This document shows positions 16,111 through 17,501 of a stretch of 17,501 nt of DNA, in pieces (within the stretch, counting starts at the first letter, position 1; each line of letters opens with the position of its first letter). A program made the position numbers and the translations under genes. Origin of the DNA: Candidatus Bathyarchaeia archaeon (GTDB lineage Archaea; Thermoproteota; Bathyarchaeia; Bathyarchaeales; Bathycorpusculaceae); the NCBI GenBank assembly GCA_050015395.1, contig JBEKBM010000036.1:1-17501 (forward strand). Direction: 5' to 3'. A model generated the notes under the pieces. That model saw only the letters and a program-made list of their open reading frames with translations, was not told the DNA's origin and searched no databases.

Positions 16111-16130
16111 TGTTTTGGGTTGCTTTTTTG
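16111..16130 (+). repeat. Dispersed 20-bp intergenic repeat, copy 2
   Basis: TGTTTTGGGTTGCTTTTTTG, 19/20 identical to 3982-4001. Confidence 0.7.
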
Positions 16131-16266
16131 ATTTAGCGTTTGATTTGGGCTCAGGTTAGGGCTGAAAAAGCTACAGAAAGATAAGAAAAGATGGGAAACG
16201 GCTAGAACAGATGGAGTCTCATGAACTTGCGAGGCTGGAAACGGCTAAGTCCTAAATAGTTTTAGA

Positions 16267-16274
16267 TTTAAATA
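16267..16274 (+). promoter_or_regulatory. TATA box of the cupin gene (probably a leaderless transcript)
   Basis: TTTAAATA ending 24 nt before ATG 16298; no SD sequence. Confidence 0.65.
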
Positions 16275-16297
16275 TTGAAGATTTGAAAGCTTACTAT

Positions 16298-16633
16298 ATG
16301 AGCAAAAAAGATTCCTCTAAACTTGCAGCCAAAGCCTCAAACCTTGTAGACCTGATTGATTACCAAGAAGGCTCAGTAATAAGCCGCACAATTATTGACA
16401 AGAAAACAGGAACCATAACACTGTTTGCGTTTGATGAAAACCAAGGTTTAAGCGAGCACACTGCACCCTGCGACGCAATGGTCTATGTGCTTGACGGCGA
16501 AGTGGACGTTACCATATCGGGCAAGCAAGTTTGGCTAAAGCAAGGTGAAATGACCATTATGCCTGCTAACCAGCCGCATGCTTTAACCGCAAAAACAAAG
16601 TTCAAAATGCTCCTAATAATGATAAAGTCTTAA
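16298..16633 (+). CDS. Cupin domain protein
   Basis: TLFAFDENQGLSEHTAP.DA.VYVLDGE...MPANQPHAL. ATG 16298 preferred over TTG 16283. Confidence 0.9.
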   Translation: MSKKDSSKLAAKASNLVDLIDYQEGSVISRTIIDKKTGTITLFAFDENQGLSEHTAPCDAMVYVLDGEVDVTISGKQVWLKQGEMTIMPANQPHALTAKTKFKMLLIMIKS

Positions 16634-17247
16634 CGAAACTTCCTGCCCCACCTATCCCTGAAACAGTAATCGTCAAGCAGTTTTTTAGGCGGCACAGGCG
16701 GTTTCTCAGCGGGATAACCCATCGCAATCAGCGCCTCTGACTCAACGTCATCAGGGATTTTCAGCACTTTCCTAACGTTTTCTTTACAAAAACCCGGCGC
16801 ACAAAACCAGCATGCGCCCAAACCCATCGCGTGAGCCGCCAACAGCATGTTTTCCAAGGCTGCCCCTAAACTTTGCATTGCCAAATCCCGCTCGCACTTT
16901 TGTCTCTTTTCATCAGAAAAGTTATCCATGCCATCCATTGTTAAGCAAGCAAGTATAAGCACGGGTGCGGTTGCGAATCTTTCAACCCGAAACTTAAACT
17001 TTTCTGGTTCAATGTTTAATCCGTCTTTAGCAATGTCCGCAGCCCAAGATTCAGCCATAGCCTCAGCCAATTCCCGCTTAACTAAAGCATCTGCTAAAAT
17101 TATGAATCGCCATGGTTGAGCGTTATGCGCTGAAGGTGCCCAGCCAGCAGCAACCAAAGCCTCCTTAATCGTCTTTTTCGGAACAGGGCGCGCTAAATAT
17201 TTTCTGACGCTTCGCCGCTCTTTAATCGCATCTGACACGTGTGACAT
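16630..17247 (-). CDS. Nitroreductase family protein (resembles the FbiB C-terminal domain)
   Basis: RRSVRKY, WAPSAHNAQPWRF, QSLGAALENMLLAAHAMGLGACW, MGYP. Confidence 0.9.
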   Translation of the reverse strand: MSHVSDAIKERRSVRKYLARPVPKKTIKEALVAAGWAPSAHNAQPWRFIILADALVKRELAEAMAESWAADIAKDGLNIEPEKFKFRVERFATAPVLILACLTMDGMDNFSDEKRQKCERDLAMQSLGAALENMLLAAHAMGLGACWFCAPGFCKENVRKVLKIPDDVESEALIAMGYPAEKPPVPPKKLLDDYCFRDRWGRKFR

Positions 17248-17288
17248 GATAATGTGTATGTTTCTGTTGCTTTTTATCTCTTACAAAC

Positions 17289-17501
17289 TTAAACCCTGTT
17301 CGGCTCCAAAATAACCTTCAACGATTGCCCCGCCTCAGCCACCAAGCGGAAGCCTTCCTGCGCCTCGCTTAAATGAAGCCTGTGCGTTATCATGTCCTTA
17401 ACGTTGAACTGTTTTGTCGCTAAGACACGCAACGAATCCTCTAAATCCACAGGGGCTGCGCCGTAGCTGGTCCGCATGGTTATTTCGTTTCTCCAGAACT
17501 G
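17289..17501 (-). CDS. C-terminal fragment of a zinc-dependent medium-chain dehydrogenase (truncated by the window edge)
   Basis: Frame is open to the window end: QFWRNEITMRTSY...MITHRLHLSEAQEGF....SLKVILEP, typical of the sorbitol/threonine dehydrogenase-like C-terminus. Confidence 0.82.
   Translation of the reverse strand, partial: QFWRNEITMRTSYGAAPVDLEDSLRVLATKQFNVKDMITHRLHLSEAQEGFRLVAEAGQSLKVILEPNRV

Noticed and set aside
343-17119. Many short antisense or alternate-frame ORFs nested in long genes
   Set aside because: They are shadows of well-supported CDSs and have no motifs of their own.

Overview
Archaeal chromosomal window, probably Bathyarchaeia (inferred from an EF-2 paralog, RadA, Rqc2, an intron-containing tRNA and gene style). 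In order: a diphthamide-less EF-2 paralog tightly linked to an Ogg1-type 8-oxoguanine glycosylase; tRNA-CAT (likely Ile2) with a BHB intron; a doubly frameshifted membrane-protein pseudogene; a structured intergenic region (10-bp phased repeats, TATA box, GNRA hairpin, palindromes); a minus-strand cluster of surface glycoprotein, membrane-tethered wHTH regulator and an unannotated 47-aa ORF; flavodoxin, isochorismatase and Xaa-Pro peptidase; an AOR plus ferredoxin operon; Rqc2/NEMF; an EMC6-like membrane protein; radA followed by an unknown protein with a C-terminal PIP-box-like motif; a PRC-barrel protein; msrB; a cupin; a nitroreductase; and a partial MDR dehydrogenase. No integrase, transposase or CRISPR array was seen. 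The best leads are the radA-coupled PIP-box protein, the EF-2 paralog/Ogg1 pair, the glycoprotein/wHTH/microprotein module, and a candidate sRNA plus recurring intergenic motifs.
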